A DNA stretch of 32,000 bases from a cyanobacterium endosymbiont of Braarudosphaera bigelowii (lineage in GTDB: Bacteria > Cyanobacteriota > Cyanobacteriia > Cyanobacteriales > Microcystaceae), in NCBI RefSeq assembly GCF_020885515.1, contig NZ_AP024987.1, forward strand, positions 300,001 to 332,000, in the 5' to 3' direction. This document shows, piece after piece, positions 19,771 through 30,850 of this stretch; positions within the stretch are counted from its first letter, which is position 1, and the number at the start of each line of letters is the position of its first letter. Below the pieces are notes generated by a model. That model was not told where the DNA came from. It saw only the letters and a list, made by a program, of their open reading frames with translations, and ran no database searches. The position numbers and the translations under genes are program-made.

Positions 19771-22374
19771 TTAATTCTTGAACACCCTTTTTGTAAAATT
19801 TAATACTTCATTTTTAGTATCTACGATAATTGTATCTTCTGCTACGAACTCTCCTTTAAGAAGTAACTTAGCAATAGGAGTTTCCACGTATCTTTGAATC
19901 GCTCTTTTTAAAGGCCTAGCTCCATAAATAGGATCGTATCCGATATTGGCAATAAAATCTAAGGCAGACTCTGATAGTTCGATATGTATTTTTTGTTCTT
20001 CTAGACGATTGCTTAATAGCTGAGTTTGTAATTTAACAATTTCCCTTAATTGAGATTTTTGTAATCCATGGAAAATTATTATTTCATCGATGCGGTTGAG
20101 AAATTCAGGACGAAAATTATTTTGTACAGTTTTAATAACACGTGAATACATTTCACTATAACGAGAATCATCATCCACAACATCTAAGATATATTGTGAT
20201 CCTATATTACTAGTCATAATAATAATGGTATTCTTAAAGTTAATAGTGCGCCCCTGAGAATCAGTTAACCTACCATCGTCAAGAATTTGTAACATAATAT
20301 TAAAGATATCAGCATGGGCTTTTTCTATCTCGTCAAAAAGAATTACTGCATATGGATGACGACGAATAGCTTCACTTAGTTGTCCTCCCTCATCATATCC
20401 AACATATCCTGGAGGTGCTCCAATTAAGCGAGATATACTATGTCTTTCCATATATTCAGACATATCAATTCGTACTATTGACTCTTCAGTATCAAATAAG
20501 CTCTTTGCAAGTGCTCTAGCTAATTCAGTTTTTCCAACTCCAGTAGGTCCAAGAAAAAGGAAACTGGCAATAGGACGTTCTGGATCAGCAAGGCCAGCTC
20601 TTGATCTCTGTATAGAGTCCGCAACAGCAGTCACAGCTTCTTCTTGTCCAACTACTCTTTTATGGAGATCGTTTTCTAAATTTAGTAATTTTTCCTTTTC
20701 CGACTGTACTAATTTATGAAGAGGAATTCCTGTCCACCGGGATATAATTTCAGCAATATCTGATGAGACTACTTCTTCTCTAAGTAAGATTTTATCTTGA
20801 TGATTTATAGTCTTACTTTCTAAATCTTTTATCTGCTCCTGTAACTTTGATAATTTTCCATATCGTAATTCAGCAGCTTTGTTAAGATCATAATCTCGTT
20901 CAGATTGTTGGATTTCCAAGTTAACTTGATCAATAGTTTTTTTTAATTGTAGTATCTCATCAATCAACGTCTTTTCTGTCTGCCACCGTAAATTAAGATT
21001 AAATTGTTCTTGTTTCAAAGCAGAAAGTTCTTCTTCCAAAATTTTTAATCGCTCACAGGATAACTGATCTTGCTCTTTATCTAAAGAAAGACGTTCCATT
21101 TCTAGTTGAAGAATTTTACGATCAATTTCATCTAACTCTTCTGGCTTAGAAGTAATTTCTATTTTAAGTTTAGCAGCAGACTCATCTATTAAATCGATAG
21201 CCTTATCAGGTAAAAAACGATCACTAATATAACGATCAGATAATATTGCAGCAGCTACCAATGCTGTATCGGCTATTTTTACTCCGTGATGAACTTCATA
21301 GCGTTCTTTTAGTCCACGTAGAATTGAGATTGTATCAATTACATTAGGTTCATTGACGATGACTGATTGAAAACGTCGTTCTAAAGCAGCGTCTTTTTCA
21401 ATATACTTTCTATACTCATCAAGTGTTGTTGCTCCAATACAATGTAATTCACCTCTTGCCAACATAGGTTTAAGTAAATTACCAGCATCCATTGCTCCCT
21501 GACTAGCACCTGCTCCAACTACAGTATGTATTTCATCAACAAATAAAATAATATTTCCTTCGGAATCAGTAACTTCTTTTAAAACCGCTTTCAATCTTTC
21601 TTCAAACTCTCCTCGATATTTTGCGCCTGCAATTAAAGAACCCATATCTAAAACAATAAGTTTTCTATCTCGCAAAGATTCAGGAACATCTCTATTAATG
21701 ATTCTTTGAGCTAGTCCTTCAACAATTGCTGTTTTTCCAACTCCAGGTTCTCCAATTAAAACAGGATTATTTTTAGTTCTGCGAGATAGAATCTGAATAG
21801 TACGACGAATTTCATCGTCTCTTCCTATAACTGGATCAAGTTTTCCTTTTTCAGCTAATTCTGTTAAATCTCTTCCATATTTTACTAATGATTCATACTT
21901 GATTTCTGGATTTTGGTCAACCACTTTTTCCTTACCTCTAATTTCTTTAATAACTTTTTCTAACCGTTCTTGAGATAGATTTATTTCCTTAAATAGATCT
22001 ATTCCAAAGCGATGATCATAACCATATGCTAGAAGTATATGTTCTATAGAAATATAATGATCCTGGAATTCTTTGCGAAATTTTTCACTTTTATCAAAAA
22101 GTTTATCCAAGCTATATCCAAGATAAACAGACTCTATAGAGTTAGATATTTTAGGTTGATTAATAATAAAATTTTCGGTGAAATCTTGTACTTTGTTTAT
22201 ATCAACATTTGCTTTACGAAATATTCTTATAGATAACTCATCTCCTTTCATAAGAAATTTCATTAAATGCTCACTTTCAATTTGTTGATGTTTATTTTCT
22301 TTTGCAATTTTAGGAGTTTCAACAATTGCTTCCCATACTTTTCTTGTGAATTTGTTAGGATCTGTAGGTTGCAT
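19771..22374 (-). CDS. clpB: ATP-dependent chaperone ClpB
   Basis: 867 aa; Walker A 'GEPGVGKT' and 'GPTGVGKT', two AAA+ domains, ClpB middle domain, '[36 protein letters not shown]'. Confidence 0.98.
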   Translation of the reverse strand: MQPTDPNKFTRKVWEAIVETPKIAKENKHQQIESEHLMKFLMKGDELSIRIFRKANVDINKVQDFTENFIINQPKISNSIESVYLGYSLDKLFDKSEKFRKEFQDHYISIEHILLAYGYDHRFGIDLFKEINLSQERLEKVIKEIRGKEKVVDQNPEIKYESLVKYGRDLTELAEKGKLDPVIGRDDEIRRTIQILSRRTKNNPVLIGEPGVGKTAIVEGLAQRIINRDVPESLRDRKLIVLDMGSLIAGAKYRGEFEERLKAVLKEVTDSEGNIILFVDEIHTVVGAGASQGAMDAGNLLKPMLARGELHCIGATTLDEYRKYIEKDAALERRFQSVIVNEPNVIDTISILRGLKERYEVHHGVKIADTALVAAAILSDRYISDRFLPDKAIDLIDESAAKLKIEITSKPEELDEIDRKILQLEMERLSLDKEQDQLSCERLKILEEELSALKQEQFNLNLRWQTEKTLIDEILQLKKTIDQVNLEIQQSERDYDLNKAAELRYGKLSKLQEQIKDLESKTINHQDKILLREEVVSSDIAEIISRWTGIPLHKLVQSEKEKLLNLENDLHKRVVGQEEAVTAVADSIQRSRAGLADPERPIASFLFLGPTGVGKTELARALAKSLFDTEESIVRIDMSEYMERHSISRLIGAPPGYVGYDEGGQLSEAIRRHPYAVILFDEIEKAHADIFNIMLQILDDGRLTDSQGRTINFKNTIIIMTSNIGSQYILDVVDDDSRYSEMYSRVIKTVQNNFRPEFLNRIDEIIIFHGLQKSQLREIVKLQTQLLSNRLEEQKIHIELSESALDFIANIGYDPIYGARPLKRAIQRYVETPIAKLLLKGEFVAEDTIIVDTKNEVLNFTKRVFKN

Positions 22375-22661
22375 TTTTCAAAATATATTAACTAACTCAT
22401 ATTTTTTATAATATCTTAGTTTAAAAAATAGCAAAGGACGGATTTCCTCACTACCTAGAGTTTATTTATTAATATATCAAGTATGAAAAAAGAATGTAAG
22501 TGTATGTAGCTAAATATCATATATATTAAAAATTATGTTTTTCTATATCCATTTTTTATCATAGTTGGAAAAATATTTTATTATATGTATTATCTATATT
22601 TGGTGCTCCTTGAAGTATTGTTAAACAACACTATCCATGAAAAACAATTAATTTTATCAGC

Positions 22662-22710
22662 TTAAGATTTCGATAATCTATTAATATCTTATAGATTATC
22701 GAAATCTTAA
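22662..22710. repeat. 20-bp perfect inverted repeat, 9-nt loop
   Basis: TTAAGATTTCGATAATCTAT (22662-22681) / ATAGATTATCGAAATCTTAA (22691-22710), exact reverse complements. Confidence 0.9.
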
Positions 22711-23466
22711 TAAAAGTCATAAGTTCTCGGTTGATATTTACTAATCAAGTAAGTCAATATTAATAATATATAGTTTATATTTTATTAATATTTTTAACAG
22801 AACTAGTTTATTCTTAGTAAGTATTCTCGAAAAAACATTCCATAACTAATATAAATATTCAATAAAGAATATTTTGCAAAAGCTTATTTAACTAACAATA
22901 TTAACGATAATTACTTAAAATAGGTTTGACATATTTTTTCATTACTATGAGTGGTAGTGACGTAATAAAAATTTTAATTATAGTTAAAAGTTTACTTAAA
23001 TTAAATATATTAATTTACCAAAAACACTACTTAATAAGTGTAAGCCTTAAAGGTATTAAATTCATTTATAGTTTTATTAGATTAAGAATCATCTGTAGAA
23101 GTATTAGATATCAAATTATTATACTTTTTAGTAATTATTTCTATTATCTTGAAACAATCAATGTACATTTATGGTCAATTATAGAAATAATTACAAAGTT
23201 CACAAAATCATGTAGTATTGTTAAGGAAGTAAAACAGAACAACTAGGAACTTTTATCTAGAGCATACATTAAGTTTCTTGTAACATAAATCTTCAAAGTT
23301 CCTAACTTCAATGGAAGCGCTGAGGCTTAATATCAAGATCTCGATAAAACAATAACTATAGCTAATATTTCACTATCGTAAATCTTACTCTATATACCAT
23401 TATTAATTACTCTTCATTTCGTGATACCATCCCCGAATTAAACTACTACTACGCAAAAATCGTATT

Positions 23467-24423
23467 ATGAAACTAACTAAAAGTAATCTGGATCCTGTTC
23501 GTTCATATCTAAGAGAAATTGGTCGTGTTCCTTTATTGACTCATGAAGAAGAAATTCTTTATGCAAAACGTGTACAAAGATTTGTAGATTTAGAGAAATA
23601 CCGCGAACTTTTTACTAAAGAAACAGGAAAAGAGCCAACAGAAACTCAATGGGCTCAAGCAGCAAAAATATCAAGAAGAGAATTGCACTCTGCAATAGCC
23701 TCAGGAGAAGCTGCTAAACGTAAAATGGTTGAAGCTAATCTTCGCTTGGTTGTATCTGTTGCTAAAAAATATCTGAAGCGTAATTTAGATCTATTAGACC
23801 TTATTCAAGAAGGGACTATTGGTATGCAAAGAGGAGTAGAAAAGTTTGACCCTACGAAAGGGTATCGTTTTTCTACTTATGCTTATTGGTGGATTCGTCA
23901 AGCCATCACTCGTGCAATTGCTGAAAAAAGTCGTACAATACGTCTTCCTATACATATAACTGAAAAACTTAATAAAATTAAAAAAGCACAACGAGAACTC
24001 TCACAAGCAAGAGGGAGAGATGCCACTATTGCTGAGTTGGCTGATGAATTGGATCTTACTCCTAAACAAGTTAGAGAATATTTAGAGAGAGCTCGTCAGC
24101 CATTATCTTTAGATTTAAGGGTAGGAGATAATCAGGATACAGAACTAGGAGATCTTTTGGAAGATGATGGGCCTTCACCTGAAGATTTCGCTACTCATTC
24201 TTCCTTACAATTTGATTTAGAGATGTTGATGGAAGATCTAACAACTCAGCAAAAAGAAGTCATAGCTTTAAGATTTGGATTAACTGATGGACAACCTTTG
24301 ACACTAGCTAAAATTGGTTGTCGCCTTAACATTAGTCGTGAAAGAGTTAGGCAAATTGAGAGAGAAGCGCTTTCTAAACTTAGAAAGCGTAAAGCCAACA
24401 TTCAGGAATACTTAGCTAGTTAA
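23467..24423 (+). CDS. RpoD/SigA-family sigma factor, probably cyanobacterial group 2
   Basis: 318 aa; starts directly at region 1.2 '[16 protein letters not shown]', region 2 '[40 protein letters not shown]', region 4 '[17 protein letters not shown]'. No region 1.1 extension. Confidence 0.93.
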   Translation: MKLTKSNLDPVRSYLREIGRVPLLTHEEEILYAKRVQRFVDLEKYRELFTKETGKEPTETQWAQAAKISRRELHSAIASGEAAKRKMVEANLRLVVSVAKKYLKRNLDLLDLIQEGTIGMQRGVEKFDPTKGYRFSTYAYWWIRQAITRAIAEKSRTIRLPIHITEKLNKIKKAQRELSQARGRDATIAELADELDLTPKQVREYLERARQPLSLDLRVGDNQDTELGDLLEDDGPSPEDFATHSSLQFDLEMLMEDLTTQQKEVIALRFGLTDGQPLTLAKIGCRLNISRERVRQIEREALSKLRKRKANIQEYLAS

Positions 24424-24456
24424 ACTAGAAAAATATTTTTGAGTAGAGTATAAAAA

Positions 24457-24491
24457 TTACGGTTTTACTATCTTAGTTTTACGGTTTTACT
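24457..24491 (+). promoter_or_regulatory. Tandem 13-nt direct repeat upstream of DUF760 gene
   Basis: TTACGGTTTTACT at 24457-24469 and 24479-24491, 22-nt period. Confidence 0.3.
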
Positions 24492-24580
24492 TATTCAGAT
24501 ATATTCAAAAACTTGTTATTCTAAGATGGAGTAAGATTTATAATATAAAGTGTTGCTCTAGAGTCAATGTGAGGTAAACA

Positions 24581-24925
24581 ATGAGTAAAGAATTAGGTCG
24601 TTCTCAAAATTTTTTTAGTAGCGAAAATGGAGCAGGAGATGCGTTATGGGAATATGTTCAATCTCTTAGTTCAGAGACTATTTCTCAATTGTCTAAACCT
24701 GATTCTATCGAGGTTTTTCAGGTAATGGAACAAAACATTATTGGTTTATTAGGTAGTCTTCCTTCTGAACATTTTAATGTAACCATTAGCACAAACAGAG
24801 ATCACTTAGGAAAGTTACTAGCTTCAGCAATGATGAGTGGTTATTTTCTACGAAATGCAGAACAAAGACTAAATTTTGAACAATCTTTGCAAGCGATTGA
24901 TAATAATTTACAAGATGATAAATAA
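24581..24925 (+). CDS. DUF760 family protein
   Basis: 114 aa, 'LWEYVQSLSSETISQLSKPDSIEVFQVMEQNIIGLLGSLPSEHFNVTISTNRDHLGKLLASAMMSGYFLRNAEQR', characteristic of cyanobacterial/plastid DUF760. Confidence 0.85.
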   Translation: MSKELGRSQNFFSSENGAGDALWEYVQSLSSETISQLSKPDSIEVFQVMEQNIIGLLGSLPSEHFNVTISTNRDHLGKLLASAMMSGYFLRNAEQRLNFEQSLQAIDNNLQDDK

Positions 24926-24958
24926 TCTTATACTTAATTCTAGAAAACTTTAAGCGAT

Positions 24959-24987
24959 GAAAACTTGCTTTTAAAAGCATAGTTTTC
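24959..24987 (+). terminator. Hairpin downstream of DUF760 gene
   Basis: GAAAACT-TGCTTTTAAAAGCA-T-AGTTTTC: outer 7 bp plus inner TGCTTTTAAAAGCA palindrome, one bulged T, 34 nt after the stop. Confidence 0.45.
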
Positions 24988-25365
24988 TATAATTTCTAAC
25001 ATATAGATAAAGATAAACTTTTTTATAATGATTTAATTATATTGGATTAGCTGTTTTAAAATAACTAATTTGTGCTTAAAATGTTCTTGATTTGGTAATT
25101 TAGGACAATAGCCATTTATAGAATAAAAGCAATATTAATATAATATATATTTAATATAACTGTAGCTATTGATCAGCCTTAGCTATATTATTAATACATC
25201 CAGATAATTGGTAAACGACAGACTTTTCAAAAAAATAAATATCAAAATTCTCATATACAAAATTAGTTTTATAGATAAACCATGTTTACCTCAGTATGTT
25301 AATTAACTATGAGCAAATTTTAGGAATATTTAATACAATCAAGCTTTACAGTAATTAATTATTAT

Positions 25366-26082
25366 ATGAATGATTCTAATTGGGTAGATAGCGATGAATC
25401 AATTCATCATTTTTCATCACAGCCTTCTAACTCTAAAAATTTATATTCACAACCTAAATCTCCTAAGTTTCAACAGACACTGGCTATGGTAGAGACTGCT
25501 TTTTTAGCGAGTACAAGTAGTTTGATTTGGTTAATTAATACTTACTTTCCTTTAGGCATAATATTGCGACTTTTTTTTCCTATCCCTATTGCAATTTTAT
25601 GTCTAAGGTGGGGAAGCCGCTCAGCTTTTATGGGATGGTTAGTATCTGGGCTGTTATTAACAGTTTTAATGGGCCCTATTCAAAGTATCCTTTTCATAAC
25701 TAATTATGGATTAATAGGCATACAATTAGGAGCATTTTGGCGCAAAAATATTAGCTGGGAGTGGTCAATATTTATAGGTGCTATAATCTCTATTTTTAGT
25801 TTTTTCTTCAAATTCTGGTTATTTTCAATCTTAACAGGAGAAGATTTGTGGCAATATTCTATTAATCAGATGACTAGTGTTGCTGAATGGTTATTTTTAA
25901 AGTTTGGAACTTTGATACAACCAAGTTTTTTATTAGTTCAATTCTTTACATGTCTATTAATATTTATCAATAGTATTATCTACTTATTTGCTGTACACAT
26001 AATAGCGTCAATGGTACTAGATAAATTAGGTAGTCCCATTACACGTCCGCCCAAATGGGTGCAGATAATCCTAGATTATTAA
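25366..26082 (+). CDS. DUF2232-type predicted membrane protein
   Basis: 238 aa, five or more TM segments, 'ILCLRWGSRSAFMGWLVSGLLLTVLMGP...GALGA'-like architecture seen in cyanobacterial DUF2232 proteins. Confidence 0.75.
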   Translation: MNDSNWVDSDESIHHFSSQPSNSKNLYSQPKSPKFQQTLAMVETAFLASTSSLIWLINTYFPLGIILRLFFPIPIAILCLRWGSRSAFMGWLVSGLLLTVLMGPIQSILFITNYGLIGIQLGAFWRKNISWEWSIFIGAIISIFSFFFKFWLFSILTGEDLWQYSINQMTSVAEWLFLKFGTLIQPSFLLVQFFTCLLIFINSIIYLFAVHIIASMVLDKLGSPITRPPKWVQIILDY

Positions 26083-26104
26083 TGTATTACATCTAATAAT
26101 CTAG
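26071..26104. terminator. Hairpin overlapping the stop codon of the DUF2232 gene, between convergent genes
   Basis: CTAGATTATTA (26071-26081) / TAATAATCTAG (26094-26104), extended inward by ATGT/ACAT with one bulged C. Confidence 0.55.
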
Positions 26105-26159
26105 ATTAATATGCTAATTTTTTTAGTATAGAATATTTTCCTAGGCACTTATAAATACT

Positions 26160-27425
26160 TTAAAATCCAATGTTATCAGATTGTTCAACCACTCTTTTTT
26201 CTGTAGTATAAACTAACTTAGTATTGTTACTTTTAACTTGGCTTAAAAACTGGGTAACATAACACAACTTACTTTTTATAATTTCATTACTTTTACTCAA
26301 AATACGTAATCGTTCTCTTCTTTCCAAATTTCTTTTATTAATTCTAGTATTTCTCGATTGAATAACAAAATGGCGAACTAAAGGTAACCCTAGAAAAAAA
26401 GATGCATAGCTGAATAAGAACCAATAAGATGAATTTATAAAACCTATCAAACTATTAGATGCTGAAATAACAGATTGATCTTTTAATAGTGAACCTAATG
26501 TTAGAACTAGTATAAAATTAATTACTCCCAAGCTAATAACTAAAATTTTTTGATTACTACTTATATGAGTAAATTCATAAAGTTTTTCCTCAAAATTATT
26601 ATTAATATGTTTTTCAGGTAAATTTTTAATAAATGTCTGTAATTCAGGAAAGCTATATATTAACTCACCCTTTGGTGAAACAATTGGAACGCCAGCAAGT
26701 CTTTTAAGTACAGGTAAAATATAGTCTTCATTATATTCATTATATTTATTAATATTATCTAGATAAGGTGCTATCTGTTCTGCAATTATAACTCCTTCAT
26801 TATTATAAATAACTCTACCAATCATTTCCCAACGTATTTCTTCTAAATTAAAATTTGGATTTCCATCTCCGAAAAGAAAAGAGAAAACTGCTTCTAAAAA
26901 GGTAGTTTTTTTCAAGAATTTATCTTCATTAGATTTAGAGGAGGAGAACGAACTATAATTACCAGTAGGATAAAAAATCCAGAATAAATCACTAAAATTA
27001 GGTAATACAAAGAAATTCATTCCTCTATAGCCACTAGAGTACTGATCATTTTCTTCTTTATTAGAGTATAAACTTGTAAGAATAATAGTTATGGCAGCAA
27101 ATATTATTGCAATTGAAAAAATCAGAATAATCCCGAAAGAAATTCGGATTAAATAAAATAAAGTTATCCAAATCTTTTTCCAAATTTCATTTAATCTGAA
27201 TATCAAATTTTTATTTCTAAAAATAGTACGAAGATTCTGTGAGAAGATATAAACAATTTCTCCTGATTCAGTCACTTGCAAGTTGCCTAATGTATCTGAT
27301 GCTAAACTAAGCAACTCTTTTTGTACTACATAAGGGCTAATTCCAGAATATGCAGCTACATCTCCAACAGTGACACGATAGCCTAATTTTTCAACAGAAT
27401 CAATAATTTTTAATTGAAGAGCCAT
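26160..27425 (-). CDS. Conserved cyanobacterial membrane protein with N-terminal winged-helix-like segment
   Basis: 421 aa; N-term 'VGDVAAYSGISPYVVQKELLSLASDTLGNLQVTESGEIVYIF', then TM segments. Confidence 0.8.
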   Translation of the reverse strand: MALQLKIIDSVEKLGYRVTVGDVAAYSGISPYVVQKELLSLASDTLGNLQVTESGEIVYIFSQNLRTIFRNKNLIFRLNEIWKKIWITLFYLIRISFGIILIFSIAIIFAAITIILTSLYSNKEENDQYSSGYRGMNFFVLPNFSDLFWIFYPTGNYSSFSSSKSNEDKFLKKTTFLEAVFSFLFGDGNPNFNLEEIRWEMIGRVIYNNEGVIIAEQIAPYLDNINKYNEYNEDYILPVLKRLAGVPIVSPKGELIYSFPELQTFIKNLPEKHINNNFEEKLYEFTHISSNQKILVISLGVINFILVLTLGSLLKDQSVISASNSLIGFINSSYWFLFSYASFFLGLPLVRHFVIQSRNTRINKRNLERRERLRILSKSNEIIKSKLCYVTQFLSQVKSNNTKLVYTTEKRVVEQSDNIGF

Positions 27426-27915
27426 AGAACGATCACCTTCTTACAAATTCTATCTCCTGACTATTAGTTATATGATAAAGAAATTTTTATTTTTTGACTG
27501 TAAACTATAATCTTATTATATTACGTATAAGATTTATGTTATTAACTGTCAGTCATTATGTAAATATTCATTAAAAGAATATTTAAAACTTTTATAGCAT
27601 AGCTTTTTACTTTGTTATATATAGTTGATATATCAAAGTTAATGTGAGAGGTAAAGTATAAGAGTCTGATAAAATTTTTTATAATATGAAACAGTTAAGT
27701 AATAGTTTTCATCTTTTGATGTTTTTAATGACTTAATAAATGGTAATTTTAATAGTCCTGATAGTTATTGATCCTAAAATTTTCTACAGGAGGTTAATCT
27801 GAACTTTTTTCTATTATTAAACTAAAAGATGTAATCTTATAAAAATAATTTTATTAATTTAATAGTAATAATCACTATCAAATTAATATGTCCCTGATTT
27901 TTTAGGTCATTATTT

Positions 27916-29397
27916 ATGAAATCGCTTGAAGCAGAAGTTCATACGTCTCTAAAAGAATTTTTAAAACAATATCGGAAACCTTTTTGGATTCATAATTTAA
28001 CAATGGCTCGATTGGTTTCGTATGTTCTACGCCTTCATCGTTCTGCTATTATTCAAACTAGTAGTTCTATTTCTTATTATGGTTTAAGTTATTTATTGCC
28101 ATCTTTATTGTTCAATAAACCAATCTTACTGGTTGCGCCCTTAAGTACTCAACATAGATTAAAAAGACAAGCAATACCTTATCTACAACAATGGTTAAAA
28201 CAACAAAATATTATTTTCAATGGAACATGTAAAAAAGAACTAAATAGCTTTCAAGGACTACTAATTGTATCTCCATATATCTGGTTACATAATTATTTTA
28301 GAAAACGAAAATACTTACTTACAGATGCCTTAACTTTAGTTGATAAAGCTGATTATTTAGAACAATGGGCAAGAGATTATCTAACAGTAACTATTACACC
28401 AAGAAACTGGGAAGAATTACAAGATAATTATTCATACTTTAATACTTTGATTTATAAAGTTAAATCTTTTCTTGAATATTCTATTTTTAATTATCCTGAT
28501 AATCCTTATCAACAGTATCTATTAAGTTTAGAAGAAAAAAAAAGTCTACGAACTCTTTGTAAAACTATTCCTCAAGATAATTTTTTAAATCTTGTTGAAA
28601 AAAAGATTTTAGATAATAATTACTTTTTATGGGCATCGGTAAATCGTAAAAGCAAAACCTTTTTGATTCATCTGAGTCCTCTTGATCTTTCCTCCATTTT
28701 GGCTCCATTATTTAATAGTTCTACCACAATTTTTATTGGAAAAATTCTAGATCATAATAAATCTGCTTTTACATACAAAAAAAATATTGGCATTAAAGAA
28801 AAACTTTTGTGCTTAAAGCTTTCTCAACATCGACTAGATAGCATGGTCGATTTGCATATTTATGATCGCTTACCAATGCCTAATACATCAATTTTCCAGG
28901 AAACCTTAACATCGTATATAAGAAAAATTATTTATGCCGGTCATTATCAGTTAAAACCTATTTTTATTCTTATTGATGACATTTCTCTTAAGAAAAAGGT
29001 TGCAATTTCTTTATCTTCAGAACTTGGTTCAAATATAAAAATAGAAAAGATCAAAATCCAAAGTAATCATATATTAATTAGTAATTGGAAGTTTTGGAAA
29101 AATAATCAAGATAAGCTACCAGTACCTAAATTGTTAATTATTTCAACTTTACCGTTTCCATCTTTAGAAAATCCTTTGGTCTCCTCAAAAGTTAATTATC
29201 ATAAAAAACGATATAAAGATTGGTTTTATTCTTATCTTTTACCGACTGCTTTACAGGAAATGCAACGTTCACTTATCTCACTTAGAGAATCTCAAGGAAC
29301 GATTACTTTATTAGATAATAGGATTAGCTATCGTAGCTATGGCAAAAGGCTTTTAGCTGCCCTTAAACCATATGTTAAAATCAGTTATATGAAGTAG
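27916..29397 (+). CDS. DinG/XPD-like helicase-related protein with degenerate nucleotide-binding motifs
   Basis: 493 aa; N-term 'RLVSYVLRLHRSAIIQTSSSISYYGLSYLLPSLLFNKPILLVAP' at the helicase I/Ia position, C-term 'WFYSYLLPTALQEMQRSLISLRESQGTITLLDNRISYRSYGKRLLAALKPY' resembles the DinG C-terminal helicase segment. Confidence 0.65.
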   Translation: MKSLEAEVHTSLKEFLKQYRKPFWIHNLTMARLVSYVLRLHRSAIIQTSSSISYYGLSYLLPSLLFNKPILLVAPLSTQHRLKRQAIPYLQQWLKQQNIIFNGTCKKELNSFQGLLIVSPYIWLHNYFRKRKYLLTDALTLVDKADYLEQWARDYLTVTITPRNWEELQDNYSYFNTLIYKVKSFLEYSIFNYPDNPYQQYLLSLEEKKSLRTLCKTIPQDNFLNLVEKKILDNNYFLWASVNRKSKTFLIHLSPLDLSSILAPLFNSSTTIFIGKILDHNKSAFTYKKNIGIKEKLLCLKLSQHRLDSMVDLHIYDRLPMPNTSIFQETLTSYIRKIIYAGHYQLKPIFILIDDISLKKKVAISLSSELGSNIKIEKIKIQSNHILISNWKFWKNNQDKLPVPKLLIISTLPFPSLENPLVSSKVNYHKKRYKDWFYSYLLPTALQEMQRSLISLRESQGTITLLDNRISYRSYGKRLLAALKPYVKISYMK

Positions 29398-29428
29398 AAG
29401 TTATTAGATAATTAAATATGTTCGCCTT

Positions 29429-30850
29429 TTGTTTATACTGTATCTTGCACTATTAGGAGATAACTTCTTGTCAGAAATTTTAAAAACTCTCGTATATAGA
29501 TCACAAGAAAACTGGATAATAAGTCATAATTCTGAGAACTTTTATAAAATTACCAAAATTTATATAGATAGGTTTATAACAATAAAGAAAAATCAGAATA
29601 GTCCTAGAATTATCCTAATTCAAAATCAAGATAATCATATTAATTTTCTATCTGCATTTTTAGCAGCAATCATTACAAATTGTCATATTTTTTTATGTAG
29701 TAAAGAATGGCAAAGTAAAGAATGGATGGAAGTTTTAAATTTAATAGAACCACATCTTATACTAGGAAACAATTATTTAATTAATAATTATCCTGATCAT
29801 TCATACTGTAAAGTTAAAGTTCACAATTTTTATTTACCTAAAAGTAACTTGATCATGATTCCAACAGGTGGAACGTCAGGAAATATACGTTTTACAATTC
29901 ATACATGGGATACTTTATCTTCTTCAGTACGTGGTTTTGCAAAATTTTTTGAGTTGGAAAAAATTAATACTTTTTGCATATTACCCTTTTATCATGTCAG
30001 TGGGTTAATGCAATTTGTTCGTTCTTTCCTAGTTGGAGGACAAATTACTATATACTCTTATGATGAATTAAAAAACAATTTTATTCCGTCTCCTAACAAA
30101 AAAAATACTTTTATTTCGTTGGTTCCTACTCAATTCAAATTTTTACTAATAAATAATCTTCATTTTCTACGCAAATTTGCAACTATACTGTTAGGAGGAG
30201 GACCTTCTTGGGATTATTTATTAAAAGAAGCTCGAAAATATAAACTGAATTTATCACCAACTTATGGTATGACTGAAACAGCATCTCAGGTTGTTACTTT
30301 AAAGCCTCAAGATTTTTTAAAAGGTAACAATAGTCTTGGACAAGTTTTGCCTCATGTGAAAGTTAATATCAAGAGGGAAGACAGAACAGTTCAAATTAAG
30401 GCAGATTCATTATTCTATGGATATTATCCTAACTATATTCAGCAACAAAATTTTATTACTGATGATTTAGGATACTTTGATAATAAAAAGTATTTATATG
30501 TAATTGGAAGAAATAGTCAGAAAATCATTACAGGTGGAGAAAACGTTTTCCCATTAGAAATTGAAAACACTATCCTAAAAACTGAATTAGTGAACGATGT
30601 TTGTGTACTAGGTATTAATAATACCTTCTGGGGAGAAATTTTAGTGGCAGTATACGTTCCTAAAAATGATGATATTGATACCGAAAATATCAAACATTTA
30701 ATTAAGCTAAATTTAAGTGCTTATAAACAGCCTAAACATTGGATACGAATTAAATGCTTACCATATAGTGAACAGGGCAAATTAAATTATCAACTACTAA
30801 AAAAAATAGCTAAGAAACATATCTCCAATAAATTAATGCAGGGACTTTAA
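29429..30850 (+). CDS. menE: o-Succinylbenzoate-CoA ligase-like AMP-forming ligase
   Basis: 473 aa; 'MIPTGGTSGNIRFTIHTW', 'YGMTETASQVVTL', 'YVIGRNSQKIITGGENVFPLEIEN', 'AYKQPKHWIRIKCLPYSEQGKLNY'. Confidence 0.8.
   Translation: MFILYLALLGDNFLSEILKTLVYRSQENWIISHNSENFYKITKIYIDRFITIKKNQNSPRIILIQNQDNHINFLSAFLAAIITNCHIFLCSKEWQSKEWMEVLNLIEPHLILGNNYLINNYPDHSYCKVKVHNFYLPKSNLIMIPTGGTSGNIRFTIHTWDTLSSSVRGFAKFFELEKINTFCILPFYHVSGLMQFVRSFLVGGQITIYSYDELKNNFIPSPNKKNTFISLVPTQFKFLLINNLHFLRKFATILLGGGPSWDYLLKEARKYKLNLSPTYGMTETASQVVTLKPQDFLKGNNSLGQVLPHVKVNIKREDRTVQIKADSLFYGYYPNYIQQQNFITDDLGYFDNKKYLYVIGRNSQKIITGGENVFPLEIENTILKTELVNDVCVLGINNTFWGEILVAVYVPKNDDIDTENIKHLIKLNLSAYKQPKHWIRIKCLPYSEQGKLNYQLLKKIAKKHISNKLMQGL

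Noticed and set aside
22039-22236. Plus-strand 65-aa ORF
   Set aside because: Antisense to clpB N-terminal domain.
22741-22795. AATATTAATAA/TTATTAATATT inverted repeat
   Set aside because: Only 11 bp and purely A/T; expected by chance at this composition.
22926-23246. Plus-strand 106-aa ORF
   Set aside because: Rich in I/L/Y/K as expected from AT-rich noncoding DNA, no domain features; not convincing as a gene.
23467-24423. Calling the sigma factor the principal SigA
   Set aside because: Lacks the N-terminal extension expected of group 1 factors; group 2 is more likely but the exact sig gene cannot be decided here.
23794-24980. Minus-strand ORFs 23794..23991 and 24786..24980
   Set aside because: Antisense to the sigma factor and overlapping the DUF760 gene; no supporting features.
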